This document shows positions 51,692 to 61,487 of a stretch of DNA of 64,000 bases, in pieces. Each line of letters starts with the position of its first letter. The first letter of the stretch is position 1. This DNA comes from an uncultured Candidatus Saccharibacteria bacterium (GTDB lineage Bacteria; Patescibacteriota; Saccharimonadia; Saccharimonadales; JAGQNJ01): contig CAZRSX010000004.1 in NCBI GenBank assembly GCA_964602865.1, positions 20,388 to 84,387 on the forward strand, read 5' to 3'. The notes beneath the pieces were generated by a model. It was not told where the DNA came from. It searched no databases and was given only the letters and a program-made list of their open reading frames with translations. A program made the position numbers and the translations under genes.

Positions 51692-53020
51692 TTAGGCTAC
51701 TCGCAAAGCACGCTCACCAATATCACGCCTAAACTGCATACCCCTAAAGTATATCCCTCCGTCTTCTTGACCAATTACGCCCAGTGCTTTATTGCGCGCC
51801 TCGACTAAGTTCGCGCCGAATGCGGTTACATACAGCACGCGGCCGCCTTTCGTGTATAGCTTTCCATCGTCACCAAGTATAGTTCCACCGTGATAGATGC
51901 GAATGTCGTCACCAAACTCTCTGTCAAGTCCCATGATTTCATCGCCTGTTACTGGTGTCTCCGGATAGTTCTCGGCCATCAAGCAAAAACTCATAGCATG
52001 CTCACCGAACAGCTGTGGTAAAACAAACTGGTCAAGTCGCCCTTCAGCACCAGCCATCATTAGTTCTGCAAAGTCTAAACCCGATCGAGTTAATCGTGGG
52101 ATAACTACCTGCGCTTCTGGGTCACCAAAACGCACATTATCTTCGAGTTTCCAGTCTCCCATCCAACCTTCAAATAGAAAACCTTCATAATTAAGACCCT
52201 CTCGCTTAGAAGCCTCGGAGAATGTCTCAAGATTCTCAGTTTTTGCTTTTTGTCGAGCTGGTGTCCACAGACTCTCTGGAACAGGCGAGTAGGCACCGCT
52301 TCCCCCTCCATTCAGTCCGGTATCACCCTCCCCCACACGTTTATGATCTTGGGCTGCAGGCAACTCTATGAAGTTACCGTTTCGATCCCAAAAACTGTAG
52401 TCAGAGACCTCTGGATCCTCAGTTGGTTTTTTCTCCTGAAAAACGATTCCTCGCGCAGCAGCATCACTAAAGCCCCCGTCCAGCAACATATCAACAAAAG
52501 CCCTATACTCTTCCCGGGTATCAAACACTCCGGCACCCTTACCGCCAGCTTCACCATCTGCTTTTGCAACATACTGACTCGGGTCATATTTTTCTACAAA
52601 GGCTCGAGCTTCTTCCGCTACATGTGGTGCACGGGCGATTCCGAGAGCTGGTACTACAGGAAGATCGTTGCGCTCACAAAATTCTTGAAAAAATATTTTA
52701 CTGCCTTCAAGTTGAGCGGCCTTTTTGGACGGCCCGATAGTTTGAATGTTGTTTGCACGCAGTGCATCAGCTAGACCTGCGATGAGTGGTGCTTCCGGAC
52801 CAACTACAACCATATCAAGCTGTTCTTGGCGTGCAAATTGCACAATCCCCTCAATATCGCCTGAACAGATGGGCACACTTACGCCCTTCTCAAGCATGTC
52901 AACGCCGGGGTTACCATTAAGACAGTAGACTGTATCAACAATTTCTGACTCACCCAGTGCTTCTGCAAGAACATGCTCGCGACCACCGCTCCCTATAACT
53001 GCAACTTCCATTCCCGCCAT
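51692..53020 (-). CDS. purD: Phosphoribosylamine--glycine ligase-like ATP-grasp enzyme
   Basis: VAVIGSGGREH, GPEAPL, GPSKKAAQLEGSK, KADGEAGGKG, QDHKRVGEGDTG.NGGGSGAYSP, RFGDPE, GGRVL. Confidence 0.85.
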   Translation of the reverse strand: MAGMEVAVIGSGGREHVLAEALGESEIVDTVYCLNGNPGVDMLEKGVSVPICSGDIEGIVQFARQEQLDMVVVGPEAPLIAGLADALRANNIQTIGPSKKAAQLEGSKIFFQEFCERNDLPVVPALGIARAPHVAEEARAFVEKYDPSQYVAKADGEAGGKGAGVFDTREEYRAFVDMLLDGGFSDAAARGIVFQEKKPTEDPEVSDYSFWDRNGNFIELPAAQDHKRVGEGDTGLNGGGSGAYSPVPESLWTPARQKAKTENLETFSEASKREGLNYEGFLFEGWMGDWKLEDNVRFGDPEAQVVIPRLTRSGLDFAELMMAGAEGRLDQFVLPQLFGEHAMSFCLMAENYPETPVTGDEIMGLDREFGDDIRIYHGGTILGDDGKLYTKGGRVLYVTAFGANLVEARNKALGVIGQEDGGIYFRGMQFRRDIGERALRVA

Positions 53021-53133
53021 TTTGATCCCTCCGATGAATAATATGTATGACTATATAAACCAGCAAACAGAATGGCAAGCATAAGCGTTTTTGAGTAAAT
53101 AAAAAGACCCTTGCATCAAGAGTCTTTTGAACT

Positions 53134-53211
53134 TGGGGTGCCTGAAGGGACTTGAACCCTCGATCTCCGGAACCACAACCCGGCGCTTTAACCAGCTAAG
53201 CTACAGGCACC
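53134..53211 (-). tRNA. tRNA-His (anticodon GUG) with encoded G-1 and CCA
   Basis: G-GTGCCTGTAGCTTAGCTGGTTAAAGCGCCGGGTTGTGGTTCCGGAGATCGAGGGTTCAAGTCCCTTCAGGCACCCCA. Confidence 0.9.
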
Positions 53212-53622
53212 TCGTCAGAATCGATTGCCAGCTTTTGCAAGTTCACTAATTCATTCTCTTGCTTTTAGCTTCTCATCGTTTCTTCCTCTCAACTTTTCAA
53301 ACAGTCAGAGCGAATGAATCGACTCCTTGGTTTGAAAAGTTGGTTTGGAGATATGAGAACAGGGGTCATTGTACTGCATTGTGCCTCATTCTGCAAGAGA
53401 AGATCCCTGGTGATCAGATTCAGATACACCGGTAGCAGCCCTAGCACATGTCGCTGGTGAAACCGAGAGAAGCCAAAAACAAAGTCGTAACACAGCGCTA
53501 TATATAGCGTGCCGACACCATATATGGTGTCATTTAGAAATGGGCCCATCGATCAAACAATTCCAGACCAAGAAGCGCCACAAAACCAAATAGTTCTCGG
53601 GCCAGTGCACTATACTACTAGT

Positions 53623-54288
53623 ATGAAGCGGCGTCACTTTTTACCAGTTTTTATTGCGGCCTTAATGGGCGAAATTATTGTTACGGAAGTTTTTGATCTA
53701 AACAGATTTATTGCAACCCCGCTGCTTGCTATAGCTTTGTATTTTTTATATAGCTACTTTGGGCTGAGCCGAGAAGACATCGGAGCATCAAAAATATCAA
53801 CGAAAGCGATTACCTGGTCGGCGGCAATATTTGGCTTGATACTTACATTCTTGGGGCTTGTCTATTTTGTGGTACCGGATGTTTTGCTGGATGAACGGTA
53901 CAATCAATCGCTTGCGAAAACTTTAATCTCGATGGTTATTGTGCTGCCCATAACAACAGTACTACTGGAAGAGCTCGCCTTTCGCGGCGTATTGCTTGGC
54001 TACTTATTAAAATCCAGCTCAAAGACCGGGGCGTTGTTGATAAGTTCGGTCCTGTTTGGTTTGTGGCACGTGATGTCGTCGCGTTATGTGCAGGTTGATT
54101 CATTCTTGTTTATTGATTATCCGCCACAGCTACTTATCAGCCTGGTAATTGTTTTTGTAACGGGTGCAGCCGGTTGGGTGTTTTCGATGTTGCGCCTGAA
54201 GACAGGCAGCATACTGGTGCCGATTGTGGCTCATTGGAGCTTCAATGCATTCGGGATGCTGTTTGCCTGGCTGGCCTGGAACAGTTAG
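53623..54288 (+). CDS. CPBP family intramembrane glutamic endopeptidase (CAAX protease-like)
   Basis: EELAFRGVLLG and FGLWH motifs. Start at the ATG 6 nt after TATACT (track ORF begins at 53509). Confidence 0.8.
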   Translation: MKRRHFLPVFIAALMGEIIVTEVFDLNRFIATPLLAIALYFLYSYFGLSREDIGASKISTKAITWSAAIFGLILTFLGLVYFVVPDVLLDERYNQSLAKTLISMVIVLPITTVLLEELAFRGVLLGYLLKSSSKTGALLISSVLFGLWHVMSSRYVQVDSFLFIDYPPQLLISLVIVFVTGAAGWVFSMLRLKTGSILVPIVAHWSFNAFGMLFAWLAWNS

Positions 54289-54307
54289 AGCTAATGAGCT
54301 CTTAGGG

Positions 54308-55954
54308 CTACAAAATTTCTTTCAATCTCATGGTGTCAGCGTCGCTCCACTCTGCAGGGTTCAGCACATTCGCCCAACCGTCTATAACCTTTTCGCCGTA
54401 TTTATGCCCATGACCGTCTGGAACGCCGTAGGCCAACGGCAGATCAATCACCACTTGCCAAAACGTGACAAATGGATACCACCGAGTGCTGGCTATAACG
54501 TCATTACCCCTGGCTTCTTTTAGCCAGTCCGGTTTATGCAAGATGAGATTTGGACTCCACCATACGACTGGGTCTGAGGCATGCTGAAAGTAAACGACCC
54601 GTGTGCTGCCCCATTCGCTGGACGGTTTGTCCAGATCCGAGGGGTAGTCGGCAAATCTAATGAGACTGCCCTGCTGATAGATCGGTTGCCACTCCGGAGA
54701 GCCAGCATCGCGGTTCGCGACGAAATCCGACCAAACATGCCCGGAATTTGGCGGACCGACAAACATCGCCCCGTCCGTCCGATTGGCCAAATCGGCTGAC
54801 CCGCTAAAGGCACCTTCGGCGCCGAAAGCACCAAGACTCTCGCCGTAAACTACCAGCTTGGGACGATTGGCCGGATCAAGTTTGCTCCACCAATCATAGG
54901 TCGCGTTAAAAAGTGCCTTGCCGGCAGCCTGAGCCTTTTCTTTGTCGGCCAAAAACGAAATCCAGCTGGGCAGGTATGAATACTGCATGCCGACCGTTGC
55001 CGAATCGCCACCGTACATATACTCGAGTGCCGCTACGGACTGCGGATTTATCCCACCGCTGCCCGTAGAGTTGGCTACTAAAATTACGCCGCGGCTGCTG
55101 GCATTAGTGCGCTCCAATTCCCAAATGACCTGCTCAACTTGAGCCTGTTGATTGTCAGCAGACTTTATACCAGAATAGATTCGAATCGGCTGCTTTACTG
55201 ACTGACCCTTAAATGTAGCGATATCTTCCTTTTTAGTAGTTTTGCCAATAAAATCCCGGCCCGCTTTACCTAAACTTTCCCAAGCGACTTGCGAACCGGA
55301 ACCTCCGGATACTTCGGGTATAGTAAGCTGTTCAATTCCTTCGGACGTACCGGTGTTTTGGTAGCCAAACAAGGTGTTAGAAACCGACAATGCCACTCTG
55401 AACACAACACCATCAATAAAAAGTATCAGGAGGATGGCCGTCAGTATGGCGCCGAGCCGCCTGGCGGTTTTGGGCGAGGTTTTCTTGGCAAACTTAGCAG
55501 CTAGTTTGCGGGAAAGCTTCAAAATCTTCCGGCTCATGCCAACTAACAAATAGGCTACAAAAAAGGCGGTGATGACAATAATTGCCGGCTCAAAAAAGTC
55601 AGCCTTTTGCGAATCGGTGATAACGCGGATCTCGTTCTGCCATTGGTAGCCTTTGACAATAAAAAATACTGTCAGCAGGCCTAAACTGACGTGCGCAGCC
55701 AGTCGCCAATTGCGGGAATACTTATTATTGAGATACTTGGCATTCAATGACCGGGAAACATTGCCAATCAGCGATCCAAAGCCATAGCCGATTGCCAATG
55801 AAATGCCGCTGGCAATTCCTTGCATGATTGAAGTACGGGGTAACAAAGAAGGTGTCAGCGACAAACAAAAGAATAGCACGCCGCCAATCAGGCCGGCATA
55901 CCTCGGCTGCTTAGCCTCAAACCAGTTGTCTATAAAGTTTTTTTTCTTACTCAT
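54308..55954 (-). CDS. Membrane-anchored alpha/beta-hydrolase family protein (Abhydrolase_9-like)
   Basis: N-terminal multi-TM; GESLG nucleophile elbow; paralogue of the next gene. Confidence 0.6.
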   Translation of the reverse strand: MSKKKNFIDNWFEAKQPRYAGLIGGVLFFCLSLTPSLLPRTSIMQGIASGISLAIGYGFGSLIGNVSRSLNAKYLNNKYSRNWRLAAHVSLGLLTVFFIVKGYQWQNEIRVITDSQKADFFEPAIIVITAFFVAYLLVGMSRKILKLSRKLAAKFAKKTSPKTARRLGAILTAILLILFIDGVVFRVALSVSNTLFGYQNTGTSEGIEQLTIPEVSGGSGSQVAWESLGKAGRDFIGKTTKKEDIATFKGQSVKQPIRIYSGIKSADNQQAQVEQVIWELERTNASSRGVILVANSTGSGGINPQSVAALEYMYGGDSATVGMQYSYLPSWISFLADKEKAQAAGKALFNATYDWWSKLDPANRPKLVVYGESLGAFGAEGAFSGSADLANRTDGAMFVGPPNSGHVWSDFVANRDAGSPEWQPIYQQGSLIRFADYPSDLDKPSSEWGSTRVVYFQHASDPVVWWSPNLILHKPDWLKEARGNDVIASTRWYPFVTFWQVVIDLPLAYGVPDGHGHKYGEKVIDGWANVLNPAEWSDADTMRLKEIL

Positions 55955-55966
55955 GTTTACTCCTCT

Positions 55967-57685
55967 TTAATTGGGCGCTAAATATTCATCCAGCACTGGC
56001 TGTAAATGCTCGCGTAATTTTTGGGTTTGTTCGTTAGACCAGTTATCCGGGTTTACAACTCCAACCCAGCCGTCGACGACGTTCAGGCCATACCGATGGC
56101 CATGCCCGGAGGGTGCGCCAGAGGCAAACTGCAGATCCAACAATTGCTGCCAGAACGTCACGACGGGCATCCAGTGCATGCTGGGCGAAACATCCGGGCC
56201 GCGAGGATCATTCAAAAACTCTGGCCTCGAGTAAAGTGTTCGTATGCTAAACCAGCCAACGGGATCGCTGGAATTCGCCAAATATACAATCCGCTTGTCC
56301 TGCCAATCGCCAGCAGGAACGTTCAAATCGGCTGGCTCTATGGCAAATCTGAAGTTTTTGCCCTCGTCAATTACAGGCAGCCAGACTGGTGAAGCAGCGG
56401 CTCGGCTGCCTATCAACTCTTGTCGTATTTTATTAAAGAAAGTCGGCCCTATCATCAGTACGCCGGTAACTTTATCAACCATGTCATCCGCACTGTCAAA
56501 GGCCGCCTCCGTGGACGAAGATCCAAGACTTTCGCCTGCTACAAATATCTTGGGCCGCTCGGCTTCGGGCAGGCTGTTTACTTTATCCACTATGGTATTA
56601 ACGATTTTCCTGCCTGCTTCGTTGCCCACCCCCGGGTTGGTAAACATGGTAGTAGCGCTCGGTGCATAGGAATATTGCAGCGCCACCTGAGCAGTGTCTC
56701 CGCCCAGTATGTACTCTGGTGCTGCTGCATTGACCGGCGGTATTTCGCCGTTGCCGCTGGGGGTCTGGATAAATATCGCCTTGCGCGCGTAAGCATTGGT
56801 TCGGTCCAGTTCTTTTAAGATCAGATCAATACGCCCGTCAATAGTGTCGGCGGATCTGAGTCCGCCATAAATACGTATCGGCTGTAGTGCCGAGGAATTG
56901 CCCAAAAAGCTATTTATGTCTTCGCTAGAAGGTCCGCCGGCAATAAATTCTCGGCCTTTTGCTCCCAACTGTTCCCAGGTGATAAACGATTCCGGGCTGC
57001 CGGAACGCAACGGGGTTGTTGGCTGGGCCAGGTCAGTTTGCACAGTGTCATTCGCAATGCCTGCAGCATAATCAATTGCGGCAAAAAGATTCTGAGCCAG
57101 TCCGCCCAAAAGCACGTAGACTACAAAACCCAGGGCCAGCGTGTAGCCAATCAATTTTGCAGCCATCTCGGGCATTATCTTCTTTGCCAACAGGGCAGTA
57201 AGATGGAAGAACCCCTTGACTGCCCGACCCGCCACAATTAAAAACAGGGCAAAAATAATCGATACGGCAACCATGCTGGAAATTTGCCACGGCTCTTTGA
57301 TCTCCATGGACATGAGCTGCCTCAGCTGCTTATCCCAGTGTTCGCCGGCAAAAACGAAGGCTATAACCACTAATGTGCCGCCTACATAAAGAGCCCGCCA
57401 AAGTGTGGTTTTTGTTGCGTCTTTCAGCCCCAACCTATAAGCGTAACGCTTCATAAGTTTATAAGTGCAAGCACCTATACCATATCCAATCGCAGCGGTT
57501 AAGCCTGCAAGCAATCCCTGCAAAACCCAGCCTCTCGGTATTAAGGTAGGCGTCATGGCCAGAGCAAAGAAGGCTACACCACCAACCAGTCCACCATAAT
57601 TGAGCGGCCTAAACAGCCAGCGGCCCAGCCCTGCTAAAGCTAGGTAAAATCTTTTTTTAATCCCTGGACTTTCGATGTTGACCAC
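55967..57685 (-). CDS. Membrane-anchored alpha/beta-hydrolase family protein (paralogue)
   Basis: Same architecture; GESLGS; shared blocks YSYxPS, GHGHxYG. Confidence 0.6.
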   Translation of the reverse strand: MVNIESPGIKKRFYLALAGLGRWLFRPLNYGGLVGGVAFFALAMTPTLIPRGWVLQGLLAGLTAAIGYGIGACTYKLMKRYAYRLGLKDATKTTLWRALYVGGTLVVIAFVFAGEHWDKQLRQLMSMEIKEPWQISSMVAVSIIFALFLIVAGRAVKGFFHLTALLAKKIMPEMAAKLIGYTLALGFVVYVLLGGLAQNLFAAIDYAAGIANDTVQTDLAQPTTPLRSGSPESFITWEQLGAKGREFIAGGPSSEDINSFLGNSSALQPIRIYGGLRSADTIDGRIDLILKELDRTNAYARKAIFIQTPSGNGEIPPVNAAAPEYILGGDTAQVALQYSYAPSATTMFTNPGVGNEAGRKIVNTIVDKVNSLPEAERPKIFVAGESLGSSSTEAAFDSADDMVDKVTGVLMIGPTFFNKIRQELIGSRAAASPVWLPVIDEGKNFRFAIEPADLNVPAGDWQDKRIVYLANSSDPVGWFSIRTLYSRPEFLNDPRGPDVSPSMHWMPVVTFWQQLLDLQFASGAPSGHGHRYGLNVVDGWVGVVNPDNWSNEQTQKLREHLQPVLDEYLAPN

Positions 57686-57936
57686 TCTACAAACTCCGTT
57701 TGTAGAACATTATGTTCCGAAATCGTTACAATGTCGATGAAAAACACAGTTTTTTAGCAAGAGTTAATAGTTCTTTACGGATTGCCAGCAAGCCATTAAC
57801 TCCATGGCATTTATATTTAATCCGTTGTAGATATTCGGACAGACAAGATTAAAATACCCCTGTTCGAGGTATTTTCGCACTCCATAGAATTGGGATAGCT
57901 TAGTTTACGAGATTAGAGCCATTTTCAGTCAACTAT

Positions 57937-58194
57937 TTACTGATAAATATTACGTCGATGACCAACTTTAGTAACTTGTACGATTTTTACTGTTTCCTCA
58001 ATTACATATAGAATTCTGTAATTACCGTGCCTAGCCCTATACTCCTCCCGGCCTGATAACTTTTTGGACCAAGTGGGTCTCGGATTACTTCCCAGCGACT
58101 CAATACGATCCATGATTTTCACAGCATCGTTAGATGGTATTCTTCTCAGATCTTTTCTGATAACATCCGGTAAAATTTGGACGTTATATCGTGC
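57937..58194 (-). CDS. RelE/ParE family toxin
   Basis: MARYNVQILPDVIRKDLRRIP...LSGREEYRARHGNYRILYVIEE. Start at the internal ATG (track ORF extends to 58254). Confidence 0.75.
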   Translation of the reverse strand, partial: ARYNVQILPDVIRKDLRRIPSNDAVKIMDRIESLGSNPRPTWSKKLSGREEYRARHGNYRILYVIEETVKIVQVTKVGHRRNIYQ

Positions 58195-58414
58195 CATTTT
58201 GCTGAAGTTCTTTGAGGGCGGCTTCGTAGGAAAGAGGCTGCTGCTTTTTAGCAAGCCGTAACCTGATCGAGTTTATGTCCTCTAGATCCTCGCTGAGCTG
58301 AGCTTGCAAGGCCTCATTCATAAGCGCCGAAATAGATGAGCCTGTTTCAACAGCTCGCAACTTGAGTGTTTTATACATATCTGAGTCCAAATATAGTGTG
58401 GCCTTTGTAGTCAT
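58184..58414 (-). CDS. Antitoxin (RHH-like) paired with the RelE/ParE toxin
   Basis: 76 aa; ATLYLDSDMYKTLKLRAVETGSSISALMNEAL; 11-nt overlap with the toxin gene. Confidence 0.6.
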   Translation of the reverse strand: MTTKATLYLDSDMYKTLKLRAVETGSSISALMNEALQAQLSEDLEDINSIRLRLAKKQQPLSYEAALKELQQNGTI

Positions 58415-58508
58415 CCTACCATTTTACTGTTATGACGTCATGCTGTCAATATTAATTAAGGGCGATAAAAATAGACGCCAGTTCTGACGTCTACTAATTA
58501 ATCCCATG

Positions 58509-58674
58509 TGGTAGAGTTTTACTCCTACGCTAGAACCTATTTTAGCACGAAGTGCTGAACCAAGCCCCGCCGCCTATTCCAGCAAAGCTGGAATGCGCCC
58601 CACCAGAAAAACCCTTTGCATTTTGAGATTTCCCCCCGCCGATTTTTTAATTTTTAAGGAAAAGGCTGTTTCTG
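58509..58674 (+). repeat. Left copy (L) of an approximately 150-nt inverted repeat
   Basis: Shares the blocks tggtagagttttac, cgctagaaNctatttt, agccccgccgcct, gatttttta, aaggaaaagg and tttctg with the reverse complement of 61488-61626. Confidence 0.65.
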
Positions 58675-58707
58675 GTCGGTGCGCTGTCGCTTTGCGACAT
58701 TTGCGGC

Positions 58708-59073
58708 TTATGATTTTGGTTCGTAAAACTCTAGCCAATGTCCGTCAGGGTCTTGAAAGGTAAGAAGTGTGCCGTAAGGTTCAACTTGCTTTTGTATGAT
58801 TTTGACTTTTAACTCTTGCAACTTTTGTTCGGCTTGGCTGATGTCGGCGACTTGCAACATTATACGCAGTTTTCGGGGTTCTACTGCGCCTTTTTCTTTT
58901 GGTCTTTCAAGTATCGCAAATACTGTTTCGCCAGTAACAAACTCAACCCAACTGCCATCTACAAGTCTTGGCTCAACACCTAGAACAGACCGATAAAACT
59001 TTTTTGATTTCTCAACATCACTAACGTATGTCCAGGCGGCGTAGATTTTCTGGACAGCGTGTTGCTTACTCAT
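58708..59073 (-). CDS. VOC/glyoxalase family protein
   Basis: 121 aa; ...VSDVEKSKKFYRSVLG...FQDPDGHWLEFYE. Start at MSKQHAV (track ORF extends to 59247). Confidence 0.75.
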   Translation of the reverse strand: MSKQHAVQKIYAAWTYVSDVEKSKKFYRSVLGVEPRLVDGSWVEFVTGETVFAILERPKEKGAVEPRKLRIMLQVADISQAEQKLQELKVKIIQKQVEPYGTLLTFQDPDGHWLEFYEPKS

Positions 59074-60106
59074 AATCTTTCGCCGCAGGAATAACACCTT
59101 TGTATGCCTGCTCAAATTGTATCGTTTCTGCCGAACGGCAAGCGTCATAGATACTTTCTTGCACCGCGCGGGCGGCGGCGCGTCCGATAATATCAACTTG
59201 GGTATATAAGCTGTCGTCTGTTTCTTGGAAATACTGCAACATATCATTGAACGGATTTTTCAGTTCGCCTGTGCTAAAAACAAAAACCGTGTCGCCGTCA
59301 GACGAAGTATGCACAGGATTTATAGCACGGACTTGTCCGTGCGAAGCCAAATGCGCCACTTTTTCTAAATGCAGTTTGCTGCCTAAATCTACATTTATGC
59401 CGACAACAGATATTGTCGTATTTGACCTATCTTGTGTCACGAAATCTATCAAATCCTCATAGGACTTAAACTTGGTGTTTTCATCTCTGTTGCCAGCAAT
59501 AATCTCGCCGTTTGGTGCAATTATATTGCCGAGTGCATTTACAACTGATAGCGCAACAACGGTTATGCCGTTGCCCAAATCAACACACGCCGAGCCAACA
59601 CCCGCTTTCATTGCGCCAGTTTTTGTACCACCCTCGACCCAACGGAACTTGCCAACTGATGTACCAGTGCCTGCCCCAACATTACCGCTCACGACCGGTT
59701 CATTACTAGCGTTTTCGTATGCCTCGCGCCCATAAGCAGGGTCGTATGGCGCAACTTGCATACCCTGATCGTAGACGATTGCGCCAGTTATGGACGGATT
59801 AAAAATCTGTTTGTCTTTGCCGGAGCGCGAGCCTTTTTGGTCGCGGCGCAGACATTCCATAATTTCGCTTGCCGACATCAAGCCGGTGTTGCTACCGCCA
59901 GCAATAAAAATGCCACTTTCGCCATAGTTTGTTTTATCTGCCTTGTTAGCCTCTGTACCATACGCACCGACGGCTCCGCCGTAGGCTTTGTATGCTACTT
60001 GGTAAGGCTTATCAAAAAGAATTACAGTACAGCCTGTCAGTTTGTCCAGATGTGTTGCGTGCCCGACACGAACACCACTAAGGGCAGTCAAAGTTTTGTT
60101 GTCCAT
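59066..60106 (-). CDS. P1 (DmpA/S58-like) family peptidase
   Basis: LTALSGVRVGHATHLDKLTGCTVILF ... GTGTSVGK ... VVGINVDL. Confidence 0.7.
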   Translation of the reverse strand: MDNKTLTALSGVRVGHATHLDKLTGCTVILFDKPYQVAYKAYGGAVGAYGTEANKADKTNYGESGIFIAGGSNTGLMSASEIMECLRRDQKGSRSGKDKQIFNPSITGAIVYDQGMQVAPYDPAYGREAYENASNEPVVSGNVGAGTGTSVGKFRWVEGGTKTGAMKAGVGSACVDLGNGITVVALSVVNALGNIIAPNGEIIAGNRDENTKFKSYEDLIDFVTQDRSNTTISVVGINVDLGSKLHLEKVAHLASHGQVRAINPVHTSSDGDTVFVFSTGELKNPFNDMLQYFQETDDSLYTQVDIIGRAAARAVQESIYDACRSAETIQFEQAYKGVIPAAKDYE

Positions 60107-60136
60107 AGTTCAATAATAACAGATTTCACTCTGTTT

Positions 60137-60156
60137 ATGTGTCGCTTGCGACACAT
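60137..60156. promoter_or_regulatory. Perfect palindrome ATGTGTCGC-tt-GCGACACAT in a divergent intergenic region (candidate operator)
   Basis: 9-bp arms. A related TGTCGCtttGCGACA occurs at 58685-58699. Confidence 0.35.
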
Positions 60157-60235
60157 AGCAACTTTGTTGCCCCGAGCCACGCCGCCGACTTCATTATTAG
60201 TGATAAAATTAGAAATAGAAGCATTGGAGGTAAAA

Positions 60236-60619
60236 ATGCCAAAACAATTAACGTTCGAAGAAGCATGCATACTTGTTATGCAACATACCAAAGCGCGTAA
60301 ATTGGACAAGACGAATTCATCACGAGATCTTGCAATCTCACTTTCGTTAGAAGCAAATGAGTTACTTGAGTATTTTCAGTGGCATGATGAATCTTTTGGC
60401 AGTAAAGAAGATATGGCAAGTGAGCTTGCTGATATTCTTATTTATGCAATTCAGTTCGCTGACAGGTATGAAATTGATATTCCCTTAGCGATTGCAAAGA
60501 AAATTGAAAAACAAGATAAAAAATATCCTGTCGAAATATTCGAAATTGAAGATGAGAAGGAGCGCAATAAAGCATGGCTTGAAGCAAAAAAGAATTACAA
60601 GAAAGATACCACACTGTAA
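60236..60619 (+). CDS. MazG-like nucleotide pyrophosphohydrolase
   Basis: LSLEANELLEYFQW....ELADILIYAIQFADRYEIDI. SD GGAGG precedes the ATG (track ORF begins at 59756). Confidence 0.75.
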   Translation: MPKQLTFEEACILVMQHTKARKLDKTNSSRDLAISLSLEANELLEYFQWHDESFGSKEDMASELADILIYAIQFADRYEIDIPLAIAKKIEKQDKKYPVEIFEIEDEKERNKAWLEAKKNYKKDTTL

Positions 60620-60637
60620 CCCAGAACCTTAGTTAAT

Positions 60638-61486
60638 ATGAACGGTTTAATTATCATTGCGCGACCTATAACCAAACAAGCAGACTCATATCTGTTCATT
60701 GACGATGCTGGCACATTGGACAAATTGGTCCTTGAAAATGGTAAAACAATAACAATCTCGGTAGATAAAAGCACAAAATACTGCGTTGGCTGGTACGATA
60801 TAGAATCACACACAAACCATCTATGTGAATCGCGTGCCGTTGTTGATGCAAAATATGAGTCTTGTTTTGCGTGTCGCAAGAAAACCGATTTTAACCCCGC
60901 GTTTTATAACACGTCAGATATATCAACCAAACAGGCGCAGTATAACGATGCCCCGCACTCGGTATATGTAGCATATTTTGGCAATGGTTTAGCAAAAGCA
61001 GGTATTATGTCCGATTCGCGTGGGCTTGAGCGACTTTACGAGCAAGGCGCATTACTCTATTCAATAGTTGCTTCTTGCCCAAATGCAACAGCCGCACACA
61101 ACATAGAAAACAAGCTTATACAAAAAGGGTTAAAGAATAGCATTACAAAGAAACAAAAAAGCGACGCCTTATCTAAAGTCTTTGATGTTAGTTCTGAGTG
61201 TCAAATCTTTAAGAGGATACTGAGCGATATAGGCTACGCTGACAATAAGATTGTAGTCAATCTTGATATATTCTTCTTTGGAGAGTACCCAAAAGCTCCA
61301 GTCCAGGAGCTTGGCGACCATCCCATATCAGGACAAATTAAGGGAGTTGTTGGACGGTATTTAATCCTTGAAAACAATGAGCGGCTCTATGGATACTGGC
61401 TACCTAATCTGTGCGGATACGAAGCCTCATTCAGCGATAAGGTAGACTTGATTAAGCGAGAGCCACAACAGATTAGTTTTTTGTAG
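60638..61486 (+). CDS. Hypothetical protein with CxxC zinc-ribbon-like motif (possibly DUF2797-like)
   Basis: 282 aa; HLCESRAVVDAKYESCFACRKK. Confidence 0.3.
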   Translation: MNGLIIIARPITKQADSYLFIDDAGTLDKLVLENGKTITISVDKSTKYCVGWYDIESHTNHLCESRAVVDAKYESCFACRKKTDFNPAFYNTSDISTKQAQYNDAPHSVYVAYFGNGLAKAGIMSDSRGLERLYEQGALLYSIVASCPNATAAHNIENKLIQKGLKNSITKKQKSDALSKVFDVSSECQIFKRILSDIGYADNKIVVNLDIFFFGEYPKAPVQELGDHPISGQIKGVVGRYLILENNERLYGYWLPNLCGYEASFSDKVDLIKREPQQISFL

Positions 61487-61487
61487 A

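Noticed and set aside
53289-53549. 86-aa minus-strand ORF in the tRNA-His / CPBP intergenic region
   Set aside because: It has no start context, no motifs and hydrophobic or odd composition. It is treated as non-coding and flagged only for the palindromes.
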